NCBI GenBank assembly: GCA_047967505.1
Contig: CM106538.1
DNA from: Dipteris shenzhenensis
Taxonomy: Eukaryota
Strand: one strand, 5' to 3'
Length of the DNA: 64,000 nucleotides
Under the pieces are notes generated by a model. That model had not been told where the DNA came from, searched no databases, and saw only the letters and a program-made list of their open reading frames with translations. The translations under genes were made by a program, and so were the position numbers. Below, in pieces: positions 10,478 through 23,228 of the stretch (the stretch's first letter is position 1; each line of letters opens with the position of its first letter).

Positions 10478-10739
10478 CCTCCCCTCTCCCCGCCATCCCG
10501 CCTCTCTCTTCCTCTTTCCTGCCTCCCCCTCTCGTCTGCGCCCTCCCCGCCCTCTTGCCTTCTTGTCTGCCTCCTCTCCCTCCTCCCTCTCACCTCCCCG
10601 CCTACCTCCTCTCCTGACCATACGATAGAACCGATGCGCAAAACAGAGCAATTGACCTACGGACTCCGTTCGGCCCAGAGCCATCCGGGATCATCTGAGG
10701 TTCCAAACGGGCCCCGCAACCCGAGAGTGGGTTGCCCTG

Positions 10740-11745
10740 GGAAATGCTCCATCTACCCTCAGTGCAGTCAATCAAAGGATGCCTTCTCGCACTTGCATGT
10801 AGCCTAGTTGGCGGTGTGCCAACTCTATCTGAAGCCGTCCAGCCATCAGGCCACACATGGCCCCCATCTGGTGCCCAAACCAGGACCTACCAGATAACCG
10901 AGCTACTCAAATGCCTTCTCCTCATATGGGGGGCTTACAAGTAGAGTTAGCTGGTTCCCGCGTAGTCATACGAGAGTGGAGCATTGATATCTAACACCCC
11001 TCCTCAATGTCCACCCGCAAGTGAACTTACTTTTTCGGCCCAATGCCAAGTCGATGAAGATGCCTCTCCAGCAAGTCTCTTCCAAGAGCATTCGTGAAGA
11101 TGTCCGCAGCATTCTCTGTAGTCGGACAGTACACCAAGTCGACCTTTCCATCCATGATGAGCTCACGTACAAAGTGATATTGAATCTCAATGTGTTTTGT
11201 GCGAGCATGGAACACCGGGTTCTTTGCAATCGCCATGCAACTCTGATTGTCACATGATAACTGCGTAGGCTTGTTCTGCACTGCACCCATGTCCCCCAAA
11301 ATCCTCCTCAACCACACTACCTCGCAAGAGGCAAAGCATGCAGATTTGTACTCGGCCTCGGTAGAAGAAAGAGCAACTGTGGGTTGCTTCTTGCTGACCC
11401 ATGACACAACTCCAGATCCAAAGAGAAACAGTACCCTGTCACTGATCTCCTGCTGTCCACGTCTCCTGCCCAATCCGAGTCACAGAATCCAGTCAAGATG
11501 TTGCCCTTGGTATAGGTGATGCCATAATCAAGTATGCCTTTGATGTATTTCAACACCTGCATCCTCGCCCTCCAATGGTTCTCCCGAGGCTTATTGGAAA
11601 ACCTGCTTAGTACACCAGTCGCAAAACTGATGTCCGGCCGTGTGTTGCACAGGTAAATCAAGCTGCCCACAAGCCTTCTGTACTTCGCTTCATCCACCAG
11701 TGGTGATGAATCCTTGTTTGAGAGCTTCGCGTCAACCTCCATATG
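10740..11745 (-). mobile_element. Ty1/copia family B 3' remnant: RT end, RNase H, PPT and start of the 3' LTR
   Basis: YRRLVGSLIYLCNTRPDI, GFCDSDWAGD and SKKQPTVALSSTEAEY...HARTKHIE. PPT GAGGAGGGG, then LTR TGTTAGATATC starting at 10996, distantly similar to the family A LTR. Left boundary approximate. Confidence 0.85.
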
Positions 11746-11748
11746 GGT

Positions 11749-14551
11749 ACGCCCATGAATAATAGCTGGATGATAGCTATCTTTATATACTCTACTTAGT
11801 GGCTCAGTTAGTATGCCACCTAGGTTAGTTGAGTTTGGTTTGAGACCACATGTAGGGTTCACCTATTCCTTTTGTATTAAGAGAGAATTCTTTTGGCTTT
11901 CAAAACTAAGAAGAGGAAAAACTGTTTTCAGCCTCCACCTTTGTGTGTGAATATTCCCCCATTCTGTATGTGAGAAAGCCGCAAGTCAGACTCCTTCCTT
12001 CTCTAAGTTGAAGGTACTCCGCATTTGGTACTTAGCCCATTAGGCAACATGAGAGATGGAAGATAATTGATTGTTAGCACCCAAAGATCTGAGCTTGAGC
12101 ACATCCTCTCTCTTCACATGGTATCAGAGCTCAGTTCGTGGTAAGGAGATCAAGAAATCAAACCAAGTTCGTGGTGTCTTGGTAAGAGGATCAGTGTTGC
12201 TTTCCTTTTTCGAGTTTGGGAGCAAATCTCTACGGGTAGCACAGTCAAAAAGTGCAAGAGTGCATTGTGTGAGATTGGGATGCCCTTCGTGGTGCGACAA
12301 GAGGATAGTATATGCTACGGGAGGAGGCGAAGCCCTTGGTGACATTATTTTTTTGATTCGAGGCCATTTCGGGGCCCGTTTTGGTGGCGGAAATTTTCCG
12401 CAAGCACTCAGAAAAGTGCCCTGTCTTTGCTGTGCGGCCATTGTTCTACAAGTCAGTGAAAAGTTGCCACAAAAATTGCATGGTATGCCTGTGTGCAGAG
12501 ATATTGGGAGTGATAGAATCATTCTTATTGCCTGTTGATGCAAAATCATCACTAGGAAGTGACTGTGTGGTCAAATACCACTTTCGTCACTTTTGCAGAT
12601 TTGCCCTTGTGAGGCAGAAGTTGTGTTTTTTGCAGTGACAGAATATTTTTGCAGTGTTCTATAATGGCGTCTGATGCTCTTTCACAGATAGTCACTAAAA
12701 ATCTTGACAAGAACAACTTTCAAGCATGGAAGTTTAGAATGACGAATTTTCTTAAGGGAAAAGGCTATTGGGAGTTCATTACTGGAGCTGAACAAGAACC
12801 AGTTATTCTTAATGTTCCCAATCAACAGGAGTTGCATGCATTTAAAGGATGGCATGAGAGAGCCAGAAAAGTTATGTATTGGCTGTCTATCAGTATTTCA
12901 GATTCTATGATTGTGCATATTCAGGATGCAAACATGCCGAAGAAGGCATGGGATACTTTGACAAAAATATATAGCACAAATACGCAAGCTAGGAAAATGC
13001 AGCTCAAGCAGGAGTTGCATAATGTGCAGAGAGAAAATATGAGCATCAATGACTACCACATGAAGGTGAAGAAGATTGCAAATGCATTTGCTTCCATTGG
13101 GTCACCAGTGAAAGATGATGATTTAGTTTTTGTGACCTTGAATGGTCTAGGAAAGGATTATGCACAATTCTGGACATCCATTGCCGTTCATGAAAAATTT
13201 TCTGATTTTGAGGAGTTGATTGCTCTTCTAATTTCTAAAGAGCAAAGAAATGGTGGTGCATCTTCTTCAGAAGGAACCTCAAAAGAAACTATCTTCTACT
13301 CAAATGCTGGAAGAGGTAGAGGCAGAGGGAGAGCAGGCCGATCTGGAGGACGTGGCCGAAATTAGAATATGCAACAAATTCAAAAAAACCAGTCCTATGG
13401 AGGAGGACGTGGTAACTTTAGAGGTAGGGGGAGCCAAAGAGGTCATGGTGGATGGCAGAGAGGCCAAAATGCAAACAATAATGTTGAATGCTACTACTGT
13501 GGTAAAATGGGTCATATGGTTAAAGACTTCTATAAAAAGCAAAAAGACATCATGACTGGAAAATTGCAGTAAGGCAATTATGCATCCTCTAGTAGACAAG
13601 GTGATGACAGAAATGAGCATCTGTTTATGGTGCCACACATGACCAATTCTGTGACAAGTGTAGAAGAAAGCAATGATGTGTGGTATGTTGACTTAGGTGC
13701 ATCAAACCACATGACAGGTCATGCAGAATAGATGCAAGATGCAAGGAAAATGGAAAGACTAGGATTTGTGGAGACTAGTGATGATACTGCACATCCTATT
13801 GTGCAGATTGGTAAAACTCCTTTGTCTATGCAGGATGGGAAAAATTAATACATGTTTGATGTATTTCATGTCCCGAATATCACCAAGAACCTGGTTTCTG
13901 TTGGTCAAATGGTTGAGTAGGGCTTGCAGGTCAGATTTAATCCTCATGGATGCTTTGTTGAGGATATCAAAAATAAAGGTCGCTTGATAGCAAAAGGGAA
14001 GAAGAAGGGCAGGATGTTTACGTTGGATGCAGACATGCTTGAATTGAGTGTAGCAATGTTTGCACATGGGACCGGTGTAGTTGCAAATATTGATATATGG
14101 CATAAATGCTTTGGTCATGTTAATGTACAGCCACTTAAATTAATGCAGGCCCAAAATATTATTGCAGGATTGCCTAAGTTCAAGGTTGCAGAAATGCATA
14201 AGGTATGTGAAGCCTGTCAATTTGGAAAACATGCAAGGAAGCCATTTCCTAGACATGTTCAAGAGAGTAAGAGGCCATTGGAATTAATCCGCTCTGATGT
14301 GTGGACTACTAAAGCTGCATCTATTGGAGGCTGTTATTATTTTGTCACTTTTATTGATGACTACAACAGAAAAGTTTGGGTGTATTTTATGAAAAAGAAA
14401 AGTGAAGTGTTTGGGCATTTCAAATCTTTAAAAGCTATGGTTGAAAAAGAAACAGGCTTGCAAATAAAATGCCTAAGGTCAAATGGAGGGGGAGAATACC
14501 TCTCAAATGATTTTGCAAGGTTCCTATAGGAGCATGGTATAAAGCAGCGAG
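11749..14551 (+). mobile_element. Ty1/copia family A copy 1, 5' half: truncated LTR to 12118, PBS, gag, protease and partial integrase
   Basis: LTR matches 59424-59775 in reverse. PBS TGGTATCAGAGC (tRNA-iMet) at 12119-12130. Gag ATG at 12664, with zinc knuckle, protease and integrase motifs broken by stops. Homology stops abruptly at about 14551. Confidence 0.92.
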
Positions 14552-15214
14552 TTACTACCTTCTTTATCTCCTCTCTCTTCTTCGGAACTTTCATCTTCAA
14601 AGATCATATAGTGCAACTGTAAAGTGTGTCAAAACACTGTATTTGATGGGGGGTTATTAATGATATTTACATTAATACCTTGGTGTAGCAGCTTTTCAGC
14701 TCTACAAAACCCATTCAATACAATGCTACCATCCATCCATCATTTAATAGGTGGGATACCATCTCATCTATCAATTTAGGGTTCTTTAGCTTTTGATAGT
14801 CCACCATTGCTGCATTTAGTTTAGGCTTTTCTTCCTCTTTGTAATACAGCTCCATAGGGTTTATAGGAAGTTGAATTAAAGGACCGCCACCCCTATTTAA
14901 GAAGCAAATCAAGTATGGATTCAAGACTTGAATGTCAGTGCCTTCTCGCATGGTCAAGTCATAGCACAACACTACACCATAAAAGACTTTTGTAAGTGGA
15001 TATCCAATTGATGTCAAACTGGCAAAGAGGGGATCCCTTTGTGCTTCTGACATGAATAGAACCAGTGTTGATATTTTCTTGTCTTCCAAAGGGCCTTGTG
15101 TGATAGAATTTACAAGGTCAACTATCCCCGCTACTCCAAAGTCTTGCAACTCATCTAGGATAAACACACATGGCTTCTCCCAAGCATCACCGGTCATTGC
15201 CATGAAGCGCTCTG
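14552..15214 (-). pseudogene. C-terminal part of DGQH gene copy 2: beta-class N4/N6 DNA-methyltransferase-like fold (degenerate)
   Basis: In frame with ORF 23226-23567 once copia 15215-23228 and one TSD are removed (GIDTE|RFMAMTG). Layout CVFILD...TLVLFMS...IGYP...YLICFLNR...QKLKNPKLIDEMVSHLLND, then after a GATG-repeat frameshift GSIVLNGFC. Possible 62-nt GT-AG intron at 14678-14617. Confidence 0.55.
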
Positions 15215-15360
15215 TGTTGGGGTAAAGGCCAATGGCCTAGTATATACCCCTTTGTACCATACATACATAATAAGAGCTTACCTTTATCTGGGTGAGTTAG
15301 CACCCACAAATTTCGGTGTTCTCCCTTTCTTTGTTGCTCTCTAATAAGACCTCTCCATCA
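15215..15360 (+). repeat. 5' LTR of the family C element (146 bp)
   Basis: TG...CA ends, followed by the PBS. Differs from the 3' LTR by 7 substitutions and one 3-bp indel (manual count). Confidence 0.95.
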
Positions 15361-16004
15361 ACTGGTATCAGAGCTTGGTTGAGTGAAGCCAACAAGGAGA
15401 TTGTAGCATTGCGGTGTTGATGTGCCAAGAGCCTTAACTTGTTGTGTGGAGTCTCCTACTGCTCGTGGGCTGCCCCTGGGAGCTGTATTTTGACATATAC
15501 TAGCTCGTTTTTATTGTTTCAGCCATATATACCAGGTTGCCTCGACTGTTTCAGCAATCTATTGCCTTGTTTGAGTGGAGAAGGAATATTATCCATCTAC
15601 GGTAAAAGATGACCTACTGCTCTATAATTCCAACCACTGGAAGTTGCTTTTTTGGGACCCGAAAGCAAAAACGTCTTTTGCTTGTGGCGAACTCCAGTTG
15701 ATCAAAGGCGGCTGATACATTCAGATTTCAATTGGGTTTATGCCTTCAAGTTGATGCATATCAAGCCAAAGGTTGGCTGAAAGTGATTGCTTACAATTGA
15801 TGCATTTTGAGCCTTTGTTTAGTTGAGAAAGTGCGCATAAGTGAGCAGTGTTTTTCTGAAGCTCTCTTGTATCCCAAGAAGGGATTATTTTTTTGTGAGT
15901 GCGATACTCTTCCCACTAAGGGAATTTTTTGGACAACAATTTTCAGAATTTTTGGGCTATTTCATTAGAGTTTATGCCTCAAATGCTTCAGGAAAAGTTG
16001 GTGA

Positions 16005-16600
16005 TTGGTAGTTTGCAATCTTGTGACAGCAGTAAAAAGTGAATAGGTGGTTGTCTTCAGAAGTGAATATTAGAGAATCCATGAGGAAGTGTCTTCTGAG
16101 TTGAACTAAGAAGTTTTAGTTTTTTGGACAATCTACAATCTTGTTTTTGAAAGTGTTTCAATTCGAGATTTAGAGAAAAAGTTATGATGCCCGGTATGCC
16201 CATGATTTACAGTTTTGACAGTTTATGACAGCAGCTAGAAAAAGTGAGCAAGGGGCTTCTTTCAGCAGTGAATATCAAAAAATCCATAATGAATTTGGAC
16301 TTACAGTAAACTAAAAGTTTGTAGATATATTGGTTGTCTACAACTTTGATGTTTATAGAAAAGGCAACCGAGTTACGGTTGGGAAGATATTGATAGTTCA
16401 AAACAGGCCAAAACTGTTGCAGATTGTTATTACAGCAGTAAAAGTTTGCAGGTGGTGGCTTCCAATAGCAGATATAAGGAAATCTGTAAGGATTTTGGAC
16501 TTGCTATAAACTAAGAAGTTGTAGAGTTTTCTACAAGCTACATTTCTTCTGTTTACACCTTTTGCATCGGAGCTACCGTGCAAAAGCTATTGGCTAGATT
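16005..16600. repeat. Three degenerate units of about 205 bp in the long 5' leader of the family C element
   Basis: ACAGCAG..AAAAGT...GTGAATAT...AATC...AACTAAGAAGTT-like blocks recur near 16025, 16228 and 16432. Confidence 0.65.
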
Positions 16601-17387
16601 TGGGATGCCCTGAGGTCACTTACAGCAGAAGAACATGTATTTGTGACAGTGACAGTGTGGCTGTTGTCACTGCAGTTGATATTTTTGGGCTTGAGTTTAG
16701 TACATTGGTGCAGTGTATCTTGGTTGTTCTGTCATCCATTGTGATGGCTTTGGCATCAGAGAATGCATTGTTTAACATTGATAAGTTGGATGGCACAAAC
16801 TTCTCCTATTGGAAGGAGCAAATCTACAATGTTCTGGTGCAGAAGAAGCAAGTAAAGCCTATAAAACGCAAAGGCATAAAGCCAGAGGATTGGGAAGATG
16901 ATGAAGAGTGGAAGGAATTGGATGATCTTGCATGCTCCACGATCATGCTCACACTTTCAAAATCGGTGTATTTCAATGTGAAAGATACTGCAGGTGGTGC
17001 CTATGGTGTGTGGACAAAGTTGCATGATCTTTATGAGAAGCAAAGTGCCGCTTGTCAAGTGTATTTGCTGAAGAAACTCATAGATCTTTGCATGGAAGAA
17101 GGGACTTCAATGTCTAGCCATTTAAATGAATTTAACACAATTTTCAGTCAACTTTCAGCTCAGAAAATTACCTTTGATGACTCAGTTAAGGCAATGTTCT
17201 TATTGGTCACCCATCCTGAAAGTTGGGACACTTTTAGGACTACTATAAGCAATTCAGCCCGTGCAGAAGGCCTGACAAGCAGTGATGTTGAGAGTAGCCT
17301 TCTCACTGAGGAGGTAAATAGAAAGAACAATGCTGGAACTAAAAGTTCAAGTGCTCTCAATGTGACAGGGAGGTCATATTCCAGGGG

Positions 17388-19140
17388 TGAATACCACGAC
17401 AGAAATACAAGCAATGACAAAACATGTGTGCCTCAGGATCTATGGAGCACTCTAAGGTGGATGGAACCTATGTGGAGACATGATGAAGAGAGTGCTCATG
17501 ACATGTACCTCAAGTCAATTAGGTTCCAAGATAGATTAGCTTGGACTCATAAATAGAATCTTGAGTGAATGTGCATTTCTTCTCTTGTACTCAACAATGC
17601 ATGATAGGCCTTTATATAGAGAGTGCCCTTTGAATACTCAACCATGTGGGATCCTCTGATCCACATCTCTTCTTGTGGATATCCTCAATCCACATCTCCA
17701 CATCATGTAGTCCACATCTTAGGGTGGCTACTTTAATAAATTCCTTATCACATACCTTTGCCCTTTAATCTATGTGCTCATGGCACCACAACTCTCAACA
17801 CCTCCCCTTGGTGCCATGATCCTTTGGCTACTGCAAGGTCGTCAAATGTGAGTTACATTCCATCACCTCCCCTTAGTGCATACATTGCTACTTAAGGTGG
17901 TAAAGTGTGGTTTTTACATATCAATACCTCCCCTGGGTGCTTTCATAGCTACTCTCAGGTGGTCAGGTTTGATTACAAACATATGGGCTATAGGTGGAAA
18001 GGATGTTGCTTCTCAATGCTTGATGTCAATGGCATTCGCTTCTTCTCTTGACGTAGCTTGATGCATGATGCTTTGTTATTCCATGTGCCTTAATGCTTTA
18101 TGTGTGGATGCCATGTTCTGTGCTACGGTCATCTCATGCACTTGTGCTTTCGGCATGATTTTTGCATTCATGCGTCACTTTTCCAGTTGTTGCAAAGGTC
18201 TTACCAATTGATTTCTTTCAATATTGGCAGTGTCTAATTGCTAACAATGATTTTGAACTGACCAGCGCATAGAGCTCAAAAAGACTATCACTTTTCCCTT
18301 TTGGAGCATGTCCAAATTCTTCTTGGATTGCAAGTTATGGCTTGTCGAAGTTTCTGTGAAGAAGAGGGCCTTTGATGATGTGGCATAGGGATTCACATGC
18401 TAAATTCCATACTATGCTTAGCAAGGGACTCTGTGCTTAGGTGGCACTGTGATGACTGTGCATGCTTATGTGGCATAATTGACCCTAACTCTAACTAGGG
18501 TGGGTTACGTTAACCATAGGATTGAACCTTATCTGCCACGTGGCAAAACTTTGACCAAAGAATTAAACCTAACCTAGAATTAACCACGGTCTTCCACATG
18601 GCTTTTCCTAAGGTCTGAGACCTTGGAGAAGCTCAAAAATGACGATGGCATGTTGATTTGGGAGGCTACGCAGCGTCGAAGATGAGGCGTCATTGTTGGA
18701 GTAGGAGAGCTTGTAGGTGCTCATTGCTCGTTGTTTAGAGCCCAGTTGGCGCTCACGTTGGAGGAAGTTGCCCGTCGGCTTGGAGCAACTCGTCTAAGGA
18801 AGGCTGAGGATGCACCGTTCGTTCAGTGCTGCAGGTAGCTTGGACTTTGGCTGGCTATGTTGAAGCCTCAGGAGCTAGAGCCCCCGTGGCTATAGAGCGT
18901 GGAGGAGCAGGAGCTATAGTGCAGAAGGCATTGTTGGAGAGGTCGTTGTGCAGTCCGCTGAGAGGTAGCTGGAGTGCTACTGAACTGCTGTGGCTAGAGC
19001 TAGCTTATCAGTTGGAGGTGTAGAAGCCTCAACAAGGTGCTTGGAGATGAGCGTTGAGCAGGCTTTACAGATGAGGAAGCTTGGGATGCATGCGGCTGTC
19101 TGCTGGCCCGTTGAGTCACCTTGATGAATGGAGCGCCTAT
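17388..19140 (-). mobile_element. 3' end of an LTR retroelement with Sirevirus-like cis motifs, inserted in the family C gag (3' LTR 17388-17800)
   Basis: The minus strand reads AAGGGGAGG|TGTTGAGAG...TATTCA. Three PPT-like motifs (17801, 17866, 17927), an 11-bp inverted repeat across the junction, TATATAAA at about 17611-17618, and TCCACATCT three times in U3. Right boundary approximate; no RT visible. Confidence 0.65.
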
Positions 19141-19154
19141 GGACTTGTAAATCA

Positions 19155-19233
19155 AAAGATACAAGGATGTGAAAATGTCCTCTGTTGGGCCAAAACAGGC
19201 CCAAAGAGGACATTTTCACATCCTTGTATTTTT
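19155..19233. repeat. Hairpin with 25-bp perfect outer arms plus an inner stem
   Basis: ATACAAGGATGTGAAAATGTCCTCT...AGAGGACATTTTCACATCCTTGTAT, with inner TTGGGCC/GGCCCAA. Confidence 0.9.
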
Positions 19234-19548
19234 GCAAGATGTCAACATATGATTTTTTTGGCCCAAAAGATGAGTTTTTAACATCCCTATATCTTTTTAT
19301 TGTCAAATATAGATGGCATAATGTTACATATCAAATCAAACGACAAGGCATGATTTAGATCAATATCATGCCTTTTTGCACCATTTAAAAAAATTGTGTG
19401 TATTAGAATATGAATTTTGTGAAATTCTGTCCAATTTTTTGCACCAAGTTTAAAGCAAGGTTTCCCATAATGGGGAGCGAGAAGACACCGTCTATTTTGG
19501 CCAAAAAAAAACCAAAATTTAAAATCCTCTATCTTTTAATTGCACTCT

Positions 19549-19812
19549 GGGGATCACTCTGCATAAACCCATAAAGTATGTGCATGCAAGCATGTATTAA
19601 AAATTACCCCTATTCTTGCGATTTACATTTTGTCATGTAAATGGTTGAACCCATGTATGTGTTTACATTTTAAAATATCTACATATACAAATTACATTAA
19701 GTTGCTATTTTATAAATCCCCTCATGCACACAAACAACATGAAAGTCCCCCCACTAAAAAATACCCCTCAATGCACAAAAGTGGTATGTTACATGTTTAT
19801 GAGTGACCCCCC
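19549..19812. mobile_element. MITE-like dispersed repeat, copy 1
   Basis: Imperfect inverted ends GGGGATCACTC and GAGTGACCCCCC; similar to 40349-40508 and 43501-43660. Confidence 0.5.
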
Positions 19813-22800
19813 AGGATAATTGCCAAACCCAAATGGGGTGTGTTACAATAGTCCTTAACTTTAGACTACTCAATTTCACGAAATGTGACACATAACCACT
19901 CTTTTGAATACTTTATACTTCAAGCAATTATTTTATAAAAAACTTAGATTCTTTCTTTGCTTGCTTGATTTTCCAATCACTTCAACTAATTGTCGCTCGC
20001 TTTTTTGGGCTTGCTTGCTTTTTCTCGCTCGCTCTTTTAACTGCCTCACTCAGGAGCATCTTTCCATGTCACTCCACATAGGGAGTGGTTTACCATTTAT
20101 GATGCAGGAAGGAAAGGAATCGTGAGACTTGGAAATGATTATCCATGTGACATTGTTGGAGTGGGAGATATCCACTTGTCTCTTCCTAATGGTTCTACAT
20201 TTGTACTCAAGAATATTAGGCATGTTCCAAATCTAAAAAAGAGCTTGATAAGTATGGGACAGCTTGATGATGATGGCTATCATGTGTTTTATGGCAACAA
20301 TACATGGAAAATTAGCAAAGGGTCACTTGTGATTGCTAAAGGTTCCAAGCATGGAACGTTGTACTCAATGCATGTGTCAAGCATAAGAGATAATGTAATC
20401 AATGTAACCGAGCAACCATCCATCTCTTTGTGGCATCATCAGTTGGGACACATGAGCATGACAAGAATGAAGATACTTTTTGGTTTGCAGTATGTTCCCG
20501 TGTAACTTTTCAGATTTTAGCATGTGTGAGCATTGCATGTATGGGAAGCAAACATGGATCATTGGGTGGTGCTTCTTACTTTGCTACTTTCATTAATGAT
20601 GCTACACAAAAAGTGTAGGTCTATCCTCTTCGGAAGAAGAGTGATGTCTTTGATGCATTTCAAAAGTTCTTAGCATTTGCTGAAAATCAGTCAAGCAAGA
20701 AGCTCAAATGCATGTGCACTGATAATGGAGGAGAGTATACCTCTCATGCATTTAAGAATTTTTGTGAGCTACATGGCATCAAGCGGGAGTTGACTACTCT
20801 TGAGAATCCTTCTCAGAATGGGGTTGCTGAGAAGATGAATAGACCTATTCAAGAAAGGAATATAAGCATGCTTTCTAATGCCGATCTACCTCATGGCTTT
20901 TGGGTTGAGTCTATCAAGACAGCAGTACATCTTATCAATAGATCGCCTAGCAAGGCACTAGATGGGAAAGTGTTGGAAGAGGTTTGGTCAGGCAAGCCAC
21001 CATCTTATGGACATCTTCGTGTATTTGGCTGTGAAGCTTATGTTCATATCCCTAAGGAAAAATGCAGCAAGCTTGATCCAAATTCAAGGAAGTGCATTTT
21101 TCTTGGATATGGTGATTCAGGCGAGATGGGATACCGATTGTGAGATCCAGAGGCTAGGAAGACAGTATGCAACCATGATATTATCTTTAATGAGGACAAG
21201 ATGCACAAGAAGCTAGAAAATACTGTTGAGATACATAGAGTGGTGTTTCAAGAGGATAGACAACCATCATATGAGAGGCATGCATAACCTGATCCACATG
21301 ATGCAGGGCATGGACAACCCATAGATCGTGAGGTGGGAGAGCCACATCTAGGTGGACAACCTCAGGTTATGCATGAAAATCAGTTGGCACAGCAAGATGC
21401 TCATGGTGAGCAAGTGTTGAGATGTTACACTAGAGTCTCACGACCTCCATAGAGATATACTCCATCTCTAGATTATGTCATGTTGACACATTGTGGTGAG
21501 CCTTCATTCTTTGAGGATGCTATGTCTAAGAATGACAAGCATAAGTGGGAGAAGGCTATGCAGTCAGAGATGGATTCTTTGATGAAGAATGCTACTTGGG
21601 ATTTGGTTTATTTGCCCAAAGGAAAGCATGCATTGCCATGCAAATGGGTTTACAAGTTGAAGATGTCTCCAGCAAATGCATTGCCTAAGTATAAGGCAAG
21701 GTTGGTAGCCAAGGGTTTTAAGCAGGAGAAGGGTATTGACTTTGATGAGATCTTTTCCCCAGTGGTGAAGATGACTACCCTTCATATAGTTATTGCATTG
21801 GTTGCCAGAGAGGACATGGAGCTTGTCCAAATGGATGTAAAAACAACTTTTCTACATGGAGATCTTCATGAGAACATCTATACGCAGCAGCCAGAGGGCT
21901 TTGTTGTGCAGGGCAAAGAACGGATGGTATGCAAGCTTCAGAAAAGTCTTTATGGGCTGAAGCAGGCTCCTAGGGAGTGGTACCATAAGTTTGATGCATT
22001 TATGTGATCCCAAGGCTACACACGGAGTGAGACAGATCATTGCCTCTACACAAAGAAGGCATCAGATGGCAGCCTTCTTATTTTGATTTTATATGTTGAT
22101 GACATGCTTATTGCTGGGAAATCTACTTTGGATGTGGATGCCTTGAAGAAAAGGTTGCATGAGACCTTTGACATGAAGGATTTGGGTGATGCCAGTCACA
22201 TACTTGGCATGAGGATTGTTGGGATAGGAACACAGAAAGAGTACATTAGCAAGGTACTTGAGCATTTCAATATGGAGAGGGGGAAGTCCATAAGTACTCC
22301 GTTGCCTCCATATGTGAAACTCAGCCAAGTGGACAGTAGCCCTAAGTCAACGGGCTGAAATGGCAAAGATACCTTATGCATCTGCAGTAGGAAGCTTGAT
22401 GTATGCCATGGTTGCTACACGTCTAGATATTGCTTTTGCAGTGGGAGCTATTAGCAGGTATATGGCAAATCCTAGCAAGAAGCATTGGGAGGTAGTGAAA
22501 GGTATCATGAGATACTTGAATGGTACAAAGAACATGTGCATTTTCTTTGGGAGAAAGGACACATCTGTTGTTGGATATGTAGATGCTGATTTTGTAGGGA
22601 ATGTAGACACCAGGAGGTCTACTACAGGATGTGTTTTCTCATTCACTGGAGGTGCAGTTTCATGGGTCTCTCATTTGCAGCCATGTATGGCTTTGTCTAC
22701 CACTGAGGCAGAGTATGTTGCAGCCACTGAGGCATGCAAGGAAGCTATATGGCTTACTCATCTAGTGGGAGACTTGAGCATTGCAGGAGAGGTTCCAATT

Positions 22801-23079
22801 TTGCACTGTGATAGTCAGAGTGCCATCCAGTTGGCACAGAATCCTCTCTTCCATGCAAAGACAAAGCATATTAAGTGAAGTATCACTTCATCAAAGAGGT
22901 GATTGAGGACCAAGTGCATCTAGCTTCTCAAGGTTCACACAGATGAGAACCCTACAAATCTTCTTACAAAGAGTCTATCCTCAGAGCGGTTTGCACATTG
23001 CAGAGTATTGATGGGTGTTGGATGACATTAGGATGCCCATCTTCTCCCTTAAAGGTGCATTGGCCTTTAAGTGGGAGGT

Positions 23080-23228
23080 TGTTGGGGTAAAGGCCAATGG
23101 CCTAGTATATACCCCTTTGTACCATACATACATAATAAGAACTTACCTTTATATGGGTGAATTAGCACCCACACATTTTGGTGTTCTCCCTTTCTTTGTT
23201 GCTCTCCGATAAGACCTCCTCTCCATCA
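23080..23228 (+). repeat. 3' LTR of the family C element (149 bp)
   Basis: Preceded by the PPT and followed by TSD CTCTG. Confidence 0.95.

Larger units (their letters stand above)
15215..23228 (+). mobile_element. Complete but decayed Ty1/copia family C element (Tnt1/Tork-like gag) with a nested insertion
   Basis: 5' LTR 15215-15360, 3' LTR 23080-23228, TSD CTCTG (15210-15214 and 23229-23233), PBS 15363-15374, PPT AAGTGGGAGGT. Gag 16743-17387; protease, integrase, RT and RNase H pieces at about 20048-23020 (DSGASFH, YVDDML, STTEAEY). Confidence 0.97.

Noticed and set aside
12119-12130. tRNA gene at TGGTATCAGAGC sites (also 15363, 28026, 59412)
   Set aside because: These are primer-binding sites complementary to tRNA-iMet, with no cloverleaf.
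14552-15214. Calling this an active DNA methyltransferase
   Set aside because: Neither DPPY/SPPY nor FxGxG is present and the copy is disrupted; only a fold resemblance is claimed.
16600-17556. 318-aa ORF as an intact gene
   Set aside because: It is copia gag running into the inserted LTR at 17388, so the C-terminus is read-through.
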